From Vulcanimicrobiota bacterium (GTDB lineage: Bacteria > Vulcanimicrobiota > Vulcanimicrobiia > Vulcanimicrobiales > Vulcanimicrobiaceae), in contig OY968762.1 in NCBI GenBank assembly GCA_963695225.1, forward strand, positions 1,440,001-1,504,000: a DNA stretch of 64,000 bases. Reading direction: 5' to 3'. The notes beneath the pieces are model-generated. The model was not told the origin of the DNA and made no database searches. It was given only the letters and a program-made list of their open reading frames with translations. Shown piece by piece: positions 10,664 through 18,753 of this stretch. Position 1 is the stretch's first letter; the number at the start of each line of letters is the position of its first letter. Position numbers and translations under genes: made by a program.

Positions 10664-12133
10664 TTAGCGAACGACCGTGAGGTCTTGATCGGGGCCCGGG
10701 AGGTAGAAGTTGTTCTGGGTGAAGGTCTGCGGCGGAATCGTGCCACTCGGGGCAGGCGTCGCCGAGGCTCCGATGCTCTGGTTGAACGGCAGCGCGACGA
10801 GCGTCGCGCTCGTGGCACCCGTGGCGGAACCGAGGAGCGCGAGGTATTTCCCGTCCGCCGAGAAGCCGACCGAGGTGACGTTCGCGAGCGCGTGCGTCGC
10901 GCCGTCGGCGCCGACGTAGCTCGGCTGGATTCCGCCGGTGACCGTCCCCGTTCCGTAGATGCCGGGGGAGGTCTGCGCGAGCAGCGTCAGCGGCGGCGAA
11001 CTCACGCCCCCGATAACGTAGTAGCCGTCGTCGGCGCCGAGGACGGCCATCTGTCCGCCCGTCGCGATCGCGACGGAGTGAATTCGGGCGGCCGTAGGCA
11101 GCGTGAGCGTGTACGATCGCGTGATCGCCGCGGGCAGGCCGGTGACGAGCGTGACTTGATTCGCCGCGGGGGCCTGCGCGATCAACGCGCGCGTCGGATC
11201 GACCGGGGAGTATGCCATCGCCCCGCGTCCGAGCTGGTTCGCGGCGACGGCCGGGTTCACGCCGAGCGTCGTGTCGTCGGCCTTGATCGCAAAGCCGTAG
11301 CCGGCGCCGACGACGGTGACCTGCACCGAGAAGAGGTCCGCGTTCCCGCGCACGAGCGCGCTCCCGACGATCGCGTTCCCGTTGCCGTCCGTGCCGCCGT
11401 TCGAGATCGCCGCGGAGGCGACGAACAGGTGGCTCGCGCCGGAAGGAAGCGGGACCGGCGTCGGCGTGGCGGCCGCGGCGGCGGCGAACGGCACGAACCC
11501 GGAGAATTGCGGCGGCGTCTGCGTGAGCGAACTCACGCCGAGGAGTCCGGCGGGGTTCCCTTGGAGCAACGCGACCGCCGCGGTGCTCGTCCCGAGGATC
11601 GAGATGCCGGTGACGTTCGCGACGACGGCGTCCGCCTCGGGCGTCGCGGTCGGCGTGGGGCTAGCGGCCGGACTCGGCGGCACGCTCGTGATGTACGGAA
11701 GGCCCGCCGGGACCAGGTTCGCCGCGTTCGCACCGAAGATGCCCTGAATCTGCGTGTAGACTCCGGCCGAACCCATCGCGGCGGCGGCGACGCTGCCGTC
11801 GAGCGCGAACGCGAGCGGCCCGACCGAGGCCGGAAATCTCACCGCCGTCGGCGTCGCCGAGCTCGCGGGCGCCGGGAGCAAGTTCCCCGACGTGTCCTCG
11901 AAATGGGCGAACTGAATGCCGTTGAATCCGGCGCCGTTCCCGCCGTCCGGAACGTACGCCACGCCGATCACGGCAGGCGTCGGGGTCGTGGTCGGCGAGG
12001 CGGTCGCACCGCTCGGGACGGCAGTCGGCACGGCAGTCGCCGAATTCGACGACTTCGAGCAGGCGGAGGCGGCGGCAAGGAGCAGCGTGGCTGCGGCTCC
12101 GAGCCGCAGCCACGTCAGGGAAGTAGGTGCCAA
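10664..12133 (-). CDS. Uncharacterised secreted lipoprotein, probably beta-propeller
   Basis: TTG start after GAGAGG; hydrophobic signal ending ASA-C; PT-rich linker; repeats such as SVGFSADGKYLA. Confidence 0.7.
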   Translation of the reverse strand: MAPTSLTWLRLGAAATLLLAAASACSKSSNSATAVPTAVPSGATASPTTTPTPAVIGVAYVPDGGNGAGFNGIQFAHFEDTSGNLLPAPASSATPTAVRFPASVGPLAFALDGSVAAAAMGSAGVYTQIQGIFGANAANLVPAGLPYITSVPPSPAASPTPTATPEADAVVANVTGISILGTSTAAVALLQGNPAGLLGVSSLTQTPPQFSGFVPFAAAAAATPTPVPLPSGASHLFVASAAISNGGTDGNGNAIVGSALVRGNADLFSVQVTVVGAGYGFAIKADDTTLGVNPAVAANQLGRGAMAYSPVDPTRALIAQAPAANQVTLVTGLPAAITRSYTLTLPTAARIHSVAIATGGQMAVLGADDGYYVIGGVSSPPLTLLAQTSPGIYGTGTVTGGIQPSYVGADGATHALANVTSVGFSADGKYLALLGSATGATSATLVALPFNQSIGASATPAPSGTIPPQTFTQNNFYLPGPDQDLTVVR

Positions 12134-12182
12134 GTATCGGGAGCCTCTCGTGGTGCCTGTGCCGCCGGGCGGCACGCGGGGG

Positions 12183-12599
12183 TTACGCCGGAATCTTCGC
12201 GAGCGAGCGTCCGGCGTGCTCGTGAACGACGTGCGTGTATTGCCCGTTCGTCGAGGCAATCCCGCGTTTGATCTCGGTCGTCAACATGCTCGATGCCTCG
12301 AGCTTCTGCGCCGCATATTCGCAGGCCCGCCAAGGATCGGTATGGTCGCCGCACGTGTAGAAATCGACCGCGGCATAACCGGACTCGGGCCAGGTGTGAA
12401 TCGAGAGGTGCGACTCCTGAATCACGACGACGCCCGAAACGCCCTGGGGGTAAAAACGATGAAACGCGACCTTCAAGATTTCGGCGTTCGCCTCTTTGGC
12501 GGCCGCAATCATGACGTCGCGAACGTGCTCGACATCGGTCAACATTCGGGGATCGCATCCCGACAGCTCGCAGATGATGTGGGTCCCGCGTGCATCCAA
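12183..12599 (-). CDS. speD: S-adenosylmethionine decarboxylase proenzyme
   Basis: GTHII.EL.GC, F.PQGVSGVVVIQE-SHLSIHTWPE (pyruvoyl cleavage site), DFYTCG. Confidence 0.95.
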   Translation of the reverse strand: MDARGTHIICELSGCDPRMLTDVEHVRDVMIAAAKEANAEILKVAFHRFYPQGVSGVVVIQESHLSIHTWPESGYAAVDFYTCGDHTDPWRACEYAAQKLEASSMLTTEIKRGIASTNGQYTHVVHEHAGRSLAKIPA

Positions 12600-13069
12600 T
12601 TTTTTTCTTGTCTCCTCGTTTGGTTGGGAAATCCCACCTCCAGGCTACGTCGGCTGGCGCGTGCTGTGCACTTGCGTCCCCGACCTTTCGGCCTGCTCTG
12701 ACCGGCGTTCTAGTCCAAGCGCCTTCGCTTGGCTTCGAGTCGCGGGCGGCTTGCCGCGATGGCGCGTAGGGCGCGCCGTCCCTCTCTGGTTCTCCTCTGA
12801 AGCGAGCGCTTCGGACCCGAGAGCGGATAACCGCCCTTTGGGTCCGTCGATCATGATAGCCCCTCACCCCCCCCCTGTAAAGGACTTCGGCTACACGCGC
12901 GACGCGCCGGCCCACTCGCCGTCCTCGCCGGCGGCGGCGCTTTGTGTTCGGAATTCTTAACCGGCGCAGCCTCCACGCGCTGAGGCGCACACCCGATAAT
13001 CTGAGTATCGCGCTTCCATAGTCGGAGGCGCCGGTTCGGAACACGGAGGTTCCGGCCGTTCTCAGTGAG

Positions 13070-13855
13070 GTGTCAGGGATGCAACGGAGCGAACGATATC
13101 GCCAGGTCGAAAGCGAACTGCAGTACGCGATCAAGGACGACGAATTCCAGCTCTTCTTCCAACCCATCTTCGATCTGAAGAAGAGGCTCGTCAGCGGCTA
13201 CGAGGCCCTGCTGCGCTGGGATAGCCCGCGCATCGGCTGGGTCGAGCCCTCCGAGTTCATCCCGGTCGCCGAAGAAACGGGGATCATCCTCTCGATCGGG
13301 GCATGGGTGCTGCTGCGTTCTTGCGCCCAGGCGAACCGCTGGCCCCGCGGCAACGTCGGCGTGAACGTCTCCAAGAGCGAACTCATCCACCCGCTCTTCT
13401 TCACCACCGTGGAGACGGCGCTCGCCAAGAGCCGGCTCCTGCCGGAACGCCTCGCCATTGAAATCTCGGAAACGACGTACTTCGAGACGCGCACCGAGGC
13501 CGCGTCGACGATCGCCGCTCTTCGCGACCGCGGCGTCCGCATCGTGATCGACGAGGTCACGAGCGAAACGCTCGACCGGGTCGGGTACGGAGCGCTGCCG
13601 GTCGACGGCTTGAAGATCGCTCGCGGATTGATCGCCGACATCGGCTCGATCTTCTGCAAACCGGCCGACCAGGAAACGATCCGGCGGATCGTCCGGTGGG
13701 GAGTCGATCGCGGTCTCTCCGTCATCGGGACCGGAATCGAAAACGACGCCCATCTCGCCTTCCTTCAGGAGTGCGGCGGCGCGCTTGCTCAGGGCTTTCA
13801 CCTCGGCAGACCCCTCCCCGCCGACCGTTCGGCATTCGCCGGCCTGACGGCCTAA
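13070..13855 (+). CDS. Stand-alone EAL-domain protein with degenerate catalytic motifs
   Basis: FQPI, EALLRW, FIPVAEETG, VNVS, QGF; DDFGTG and EGVE motifs altered. Confidence 0.88.
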   Translation: MSGMQRSERYRQVESELQYAIKDDEFQLFFQPIFDLKKRLVSGYEALLRWDSPRIGWVEPSEFIPVAEETGIILSIGAWVLLRSCAQANRWPRGNVGVNVSKSELIHPLFFTTVETALAKSRLLPERLAIEISETTYFETRTEAASTIAALRDRGVRIVIDEVTSETLDRVGYGALPVDGLKIARGLIADIGSIFCKPADQETIRRIVRWGVDRGLSVIGTGIENDAHLAFLQECGGALAQGFHLGRPLPADRSAFAGLTA

Positions 13856-13917
13856 AGAAAACGAAGTATCTTCTGGAATATCTTGACTATCGCTCCATTG
13901 GCCCTTAGCCTTGGGAC

Positions 13918-15342
13918 ATGGCCATTGAAGCTCAGAAGGTCGGCCCCGCCTCGCTCGATGAGGACTATCGCCACGGTCACCACGATTCGGAGGCGAACTA
14001 CGTCTTCAAATCCGGCAAGGGGCTAACGCGCGAGATCGTCGAGCGGATCAGCTCGATGAAGAGCGAGCCGGAGTGGATGCTCGCCTTCCGGCTCAAGGCG
14101 CTGGAGATCTTCCGTTCCAAGCCGATGCCGGCGTGGGGCGATACGGCCCTGCTCGCGGAGATCAACTTCGACGACATCTTCTACTTTGTGAAGTCCACCG
14201 AGGGAACCGAGCGCTCGTGGGACGACGTCCCGGATGACATCAAGCGCACCTTCGATCGCCTCGGCATACCGGAGGCCGAGCGGAAGTTCTTGGCCGGGGT
14301 CTCCGCGCAGTACGAATCGGAAGTCGTCTACCACTCGATCCGCGAGGATCTCGAGAAGGACGGCGTCCTGTTCTGCGACATGGACACCGCGCTCAAGCAG
14401 CACCCCGACATCGTGCGGAAGTACTTCGCTACCATCATCCCGCCGGGCGACAACAAGTTCGCCGCATTGAATTCCGCCGTGTGGTCGGGCGGTTCGTTCG
14501 TCTACGTCCCGCCGGGCGTCGAGGTCAAGACGCCGCTCCAGGCCTATTTCCGGATCAACACGGAGAACATGGGCCAGTTCGAGCGGACGCTGATCATCGC
14601 CGACAAAGGCTCGAAGGTGCACTACATCGAGGGCTGTACCGCGCCGAAGTTCTCGACGAGCTCGCTGCATTCGGCCGTCGTCGAGCTGATCGCCATGGAA
14701 GGCGCCTCGATCCGCTACACGACGATCCAGAACTGGTATCGCAACATCTTCAACCTCGTCACGAAACGGGCGGTCGCCTACAAGAACGCGACAGTCGAGT
14801 GGGTCGACGGCAACATCGGCTCGCGGCTGACGATGAAGTATCCAGCAATCTATCTCATGGGCGAAGGCGCGCGCGGCGAGATCCTCTCGGCGGCGTTCGC
14901 GGGCGAGGGCCAGCACCAGGACGCGGGCGCGAAGGTGATCCACGCCGCACCGAACACGACCTCGGTCGTCACGAACAAATCGGTCTCCGCTCACGGCGGA
15001 AAGACGACCTATCGCGGCCTCGTCGAGATCTTTCCGGGAGCGGTCGGCGCGAAGACGCGCGTCCGCTGCGACGCATTGATCATGGACGAGAAATCGGCGA
15101 GCGACACGAAGCCGACGATGAAGATTCACGAGCAGCGCTCGACCGTCGAGCACGAAGCGTCGGTGTCGAAGATCGGCGAAGAGCAGCTCTTCTACGCGCG
15201 CTCCCGAGGGCTCTCCGAAGCCGACGCGACCGCGATGATCGTCAACGGCTTCTTCGACTTCTTCGTCAAGGAACTGCCGATGGAATACGCCGTCGAGCTG
15301 AACCGCCTGATCAAGATGGAAATGGAAGGCGCCGTCGGCTAG
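13918..15342 (+). CDS. sufB: Fe-S cluster assembly protein SufB
   Basis: [40 protein letters not shown]. Confidence 0.97.
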   Translation: MAIEAQKVGPASLDEDYRHGHHDSEANYVFKSGKGLTREIVERISSMKSEPEWMLAFRLKALEIFRSKPMPAWGDTALLAEINFDDIFYFVKSTEGTERSWDDVPDDIKRTFDRLGIPEAERKFLAGVSAQYESEVVYHSIREDLEKDGVLFCDMDTALKQHPDIVRKYFATIIPPGDNKFAALNSAVWSGGSFVYVPPGVEVKTPLQAYFRINTENMGQFERTLIIADKGSKVHYIEGCTAPKFSTSSLHSAVVELIAMEGASIRYTTIQNWYRNIFNLVTKRAVAYKNATVEWVDGNIGSRLTMKYPAIYLMGEGARGEILSAAFAGEGQHQDAGAKVIHAAPNTTSVVTNKSVSAHGGKTTYRGLVEIFPGAVGAKTRVRCDALIMDEKSASDTKPTMKIHEQRSTVEHEASVSKIGEEQLFYARSRGLSEADATAMIVNGFFDFFVKELPMEYAVELNRLIKMEMEGAVG

Positions 15343-15378
15343 TCCGGCGCGGGAGCGCGGACGAACGGGCCTGAACCT

Positions 15379-15693
15379 GTGAGTATGCACGAATCAACGC
15401 CCGTCGCCACGCTCTCCGAGATCGCCCCTGGGACGACGAAACGCGTCACCGTCGGGGACGAACAGATCTTGCTTTGCAACGTAGGCGGGACGATCTACGC
15501 GATCGAGGACCTGTGCACGCACGACGGCGGGGCGCTCGATCAGGGGCAGCTCGACGGATGCCGCATCATGTGCCCGAGACACGGCGCGTTCTTCGACGTG
15601 ACGACGGGGGCGGCGCTCACGCTGCCCGCGATCCTCCCCGTCGGGACGTTCGCCGTGCGCACGGAGGGAGACGACCTCTACCTCGACCTCTGA
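15379..15693 (+). CDS. Rieske [2Fe-2S] ferredoxin
   Basis: CTH...CPRHG..FD..TG Rieske ligands. Confidence 0.93.
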   Translation: MSMHESTPVATLSEIAPGTTKRVTVGDEQILLCNVGGTIYAIEDLCTHDGGALDQGQLDGCRIMCPRHGAFFDVTTGAALTLPAILPVGTFAVRTEGDDLYLDL

Positions 15694-15732
15694 GCGCGCG
15701 GCGTCCCGTTTGGCACACTAGCCGCCCGCCGG

Positions 15733-15741
15733 TTATCCACA
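15733..15741 (+). promoter_or_regulatory. DnaA-box consensus in intergenic DNA
   Basis: Exact TTATCCACA between the Rieske gene and the amidinotransferase gene. Confidence 0.4.
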
Positions 15742-15847
15742 TGCAGCGCGCGCGGAGGCGCGGACGGCAATCTGGTGCGTGGGCTCCGAGCGTTCCGCTA
15801 CGTTTGTTGAATGTTCGACCGGCCCGCGGGCGGGTACGATGCTAAGC

Positions 15848-16684
15848 ATGAACACGACGCTCTTGATGTGCCCGCCGAGTTCCTTCGAGATCGCGTACGA
15901 CATCAACCCTTGGATGTCGCGCAACGTCGGCCGCGCGACCCCCGACGCGCAGCGCCAATGGGACCGGCTCGTCGAGACGCTCGAGTGCGCCGCCGACGTG
16001 ACGATCGAGACGCTCGCCCCGATCCCCGGGCTCCCCGATCTGGTGTTCACGGCGAACGCAGCGTTGATCAGCGGCAGGCTCGCCATCATGAGCACGTTCC
16101 GGCACCCGGAGCGCCGCCGCGAGCAGCCCGCATTCCGCGCTTGGCTCTCGCGCTACGGGTTCGGCACGACGTCCCTGCGGCAGACGTTTTTCGAAGGCGC
16201 GGGTGACGCGCTGTTCGACCGCGCACGTCCGCATCTGTATGTAGGTTATGGTTGGCGCACGGAGCGTCCGGCGATCCTCCAGCTCGGCGAGACGCTCGGC
16301 GTTCGCACGCTGCCGCTGCTGCTCGTCGACGAGCGCTTCTACCACCTCGATACGGCGCTGTGCCCGCTCTCGAGCGGACACGTGCTGGCCTTCATGGACG
16401 CGTTCTCGCCGCACGCGCAGCGGCTGCTGCGCCGCCACATCGAGCCGGAGTATCTCATCCCGATCGGAATCGACGATGCGCTCGCGCTCGCGTGCAACGC
16501 GGTCGACCTCGGAGATGCGATCGTCCTCCATTCCGCGACGCGGAAGCTGCGCGAGCGCCTGCACGCCGCCGGGTATCGGGTATTCGCAACGGACCTCGGG
16601 GAGTTCCACAAGGCCGGCGGTTCGGCAAAGTGCCTCACGCTGCGCCTGGAGGACGGGCCCAGCGCGGTCAGCGCGGCCGCCTGA
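15848..16684 (+). CDS. Amidinotransferase/guanidino-group-modifying enzyme (DDAH / arginine dihydrolase-like)
   Basis: LMCPP....Y.INPWM, PDLVFTANA, FEGAGD, FYHLDT, GGSAKCLT (catalytic His and Cys present). Confidence 0.9.
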   Translation: MNTTLLMCPPSSFEIAYDINPWMSRNVGRATPDAQRQWDRLVETLECAADVTIETLAPIPGLPDLVFTANAALISGRLAIMSTFRHPERRREQPAFRAWLSRYGFGTTSLRQTFFEGAGDALFDRARPHLYVGYGWRTERPAILQLGETLGVRTLPLLLVDERFYHLDTALCPLSSGHVLAFMDAFSPHAQRLLRRHIEPEYLIPIGIDDALALACNAVDLGDAIVLHSATRKLRERLHAAGYRVFATDLGEFHKAGGSAKCLTLRLEDGPSAVSAAA

Positions 16685-16756
16685 ACCCTCTAGCCCATAA
16701 AAAGTGACATTTGTCGGATAGACGCGGAGACCGCTTCCGTAATATCCTACGATGAC

Positions 16757-17527
16757 ATGAAAACGAGTTTCCTAATGGGTCCACCTCCGCGTGCCGCGGC
16801 CGCCGCTCACCGCCAATGGGAACGGCTGGTCGAGCTGGTCCAATGCGCCGGGGACGCGCTGATCGAGCGCTCGGCGGTAGAATCCGACAAGCAGGGCGCC
16901 TTCCCGGGCCGCTCGGCCCTCGTCGCCGGAAAGCTCTCGGTTTTCGCCTCCATTCCAGGGCGCAAGAGCGCGGCGCACCGCCATGCGCTCGCTCGGCTCG
17001 GGTTTGCGGCCGCCTCGCTCGACGGGGCTCGTTTCGGCGGGGCGGCCGACGCGGTCTTCGATCGCCGCCGCCCGGTCCTGTACGTCGGCTACGGCCGCGA
17101 GACGGAACACGCGGCCGCCCTGCAGCTCGGCCAGCTGCTCGGAATCCGGGCGCTCCCGCTCGAGCTCGCGGACGGCCGGCTGCCGTACCTCGACCAGGTC
17201 CTCTGTCCGCTCGGGAACGGCCACGTTCTCGCCCACCTGCCGGCGTTCACGCCGGCGTCGCAGCGCATCCTGCGCCGCACGGTCGAGCCCGAGGCACTGA
17301 TCGAGATCTCGCCGGACGACGCTCGCGCCTATGCTTGCAGCCCGATCGAATTCGACGGCGTGCTCGTGATGCACTCGGCCTCACCCCGCTTGCGCGAGCG
17401 GCTCCAATCTGCCGGCTACCGTCTCTTCGCGACGGACCTTTCGGAATTCCACGCCCTCGGCGGCTCGGCGCGCCGGATGGCGCTCCGCCTGCACGACGGC
17501 CCTCCCTCCACCTCATTCGCCGCCTGA
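16757..17527 (+). CDS. Degenerate paralogue of the upstream amidinotransferase
   Basis: Colinear with 15848-16684 (QWERLVE, LYVGYG..TE, GYRLFATDL.EFH..GGSA) but YHLDT>PYLDQ and AKC>ARR. Confidence 0.82.
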   Translation: MKTSFLMGPPPRAAAAAHRQWERLVELVQCAGDALIERSAVESDKQGAFPGRSALVAGKLSVFASIPGRKSAAHRHALARLGFAAASLDGARFGGAADAVFDRRRPVLYVGYGRETEHAAALQLGQLLGIRALPLELADGRLPYLDQVLCPLGNGHVLAHLPAFTPASQRILRRTVEPEALIEISPDDARAYACSPIEFDGVLVMHSASPRLRERLQSAGYRLFATDLSEFHALGGSARRMALRLHDGPPSTSFAA

Positions 17528-17562
17528 GCTCGCTCGCTCTCCGCTCAGCCGCAATGGACGGC

Positions 17563-17726
17563 AGGGAGCCTCCGGGTCGGGGCGGGGTTTTCTCCGCGGG
17601 GCGTGCAGCTTGCCCGCGAAGCCACGGATGGCGGGAGCGGGCAAGTGCACGAGTAGCGATTTCGCATGGATGCGAAATCGCGGGCGTCCCCGCGGGGGAA
17701 ACCCCGCCCCGACCCGGAGGCGGGCC
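17563..17726 (+). repeat. Nested-hairpin intergenic repeat, copy 2
   Basis: 34-bp outer stem 17568-17601/17688-17721 with two T.G pairs; same core as copies 1 and 3. Confidence 0.9.
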
Positions 17727-17763
17727 ACGCCGGGAAGCTGCCCCCTCGGCGAGCGCAGCTAAA

Positions 17764-17792
17764 TTGACACTCGTCGCCTGCTCGTGTAAAAT
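17764..17792 (+). promoter_or_regulatory. Sigma70-type promoter of rplU
   Basis: TTGACA-17 nt-TAAAAT, 9 nt before the ATG. Confidence 0.8.
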
Positions 17793-17801
17793 TCCGTGGT
17801 T

Positions 17802-18122
17802 ATGTACGCGATCATCGAGGCGGACGGCAAGCAGTTCCGCGTGAGCGAAGGCGATACGATCCGTTGCGACGCGATCGATACCGAAGTGGGCGCCGAGATT
17901 TCCTTCGAGCGGGTCGTACTCGCGAGTTCGGGTGCGGACCAGGTTGCCATCGGACACCCGCACGTGGCGGGGGCGAAAGTGACCGGGACGGTCGTGCGCC
18001 AGGCTAAGGACAAGAAGATCCTCGTCTTCAAGTACAAGCCGAAGAAGCGCGTTCGGAAACTGATCGGGCACCGCCAGCGCTTCGCCGAAGTCAAGATCAC
18101 GAAGATCGAACTCCCGGCCTAA
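17802..18122 (+). CDS. rplU: 50S ribosomal protein L21
   Basis: MYAIIE.DGKQFRVSEGD, KILVFKYKPKK...GHRQ. Confidence 0.97.
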   Translation: MYAIIEADGKQFRVSEGDTIRCDAIDTEVGAEISFERVVLASSGADQVAIGHPHVAGAKVTGTVVRQAKDKKILVFKYKPKKRVRKLIGHRQRFAEVKITKIELPA

Positions 18123-18128
18123 GAGGCC

Positions 18129-18494
18129 ATGGTCGAGGTCGAATTCCACGAAGACAGCCGCGGCAGGCTGTCTTCTTTCGTTGCGGAGGGGCATGCCGGC
18201 TGGGCCGAGCACGGCAGCGACGTCGTCTGCGCCGCCGTTTCCGCGCTGCTCCAAGCAGCCTGGCTCGGGCTCGTCGAAGTCGCGCGCGTTCCGGCCGAAG
18301 GCTCCCGCTCGGCCGGGCGCCTGACCCTCTCCTGGTCCGCGGATGCCTGCGACCGCGAAGACGTCCGCGCGATCGTCTCCACCGCCGCGCTCTCCGTCGA
18401 GCGCCTGGCCGACCAATTCCCAGACCACGTGCGGACGACGCGCCTCACCGAAGGGGGAACGCGCGTTCCGTCGATAAGGAAAACACAGCTATGA
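18129..18494 (+). CDS. prp: Ribosomal-processing cysteine protease Prp (YsxB-like)
   Basis: GHAG.AEHGSDVVCAAVSAL motif (catalytic His/Cys), directly after rplU. Confidence 0.88.
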   Translation: MVEVEFHEDSRGRLSSFVAEGHAGWAEHGSDVVCAAVSALLQAAWLGLVEVARVPAEGSRSAGRLTLSWSADACDREDVRAIVSTAALSVERLADQFPDHVRTTRLTEGGTRVPSIRKTQL

Positions 18495-18748
18495 ACGACA
18501 CCACGAAGCCGCTTCCCAATGCCGCCGGCGACGGACAGACGCCGCCGCCCGCGCCCGAAATCAAGCCCGCCGCACCGAACGAAGCCGGCCGCACGCTCCT
18601 CGTCGGGGTGCTCGGCGGGATCGCTTCCGCCGTCGGCTATGCGGTCTATTCGCGCCTCTCGGAGGAGCAGAAAGACCGCCTCCACCGCCAGGTGAAAGGC
18701 GCCGTCGAGAGCCGGATCAACGAGATTCGCTCCAACCTGAACATCTAG
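18491..18748 (+). CDS. Small hypothetical single-TM protein
   Basis: ATGA overlap with prp; one hydrophobic segment followed by a charged helix. Confidence 0.65.
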   Translation: MNDTTKPLPNAAGDGQTPPPAPEIKPAAPNEAGRTLLVGVLGGIASAVGYAVYSRLSEEQKDRLHRQVKGAVESRINEIRSNLNI

Positions 18749-18753
18749 GCGCG

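Noticed and set aside
12700..12810. SAM-I riboswitch upstream of speD (CCAGAG..GAGGGA..GCCC..CGGCAA fragments)
   Set aside because: The AUC start, the GUGC/AAUUCC elements and the P1 pairing could not be found; kept only as an unnamed leader candidate.
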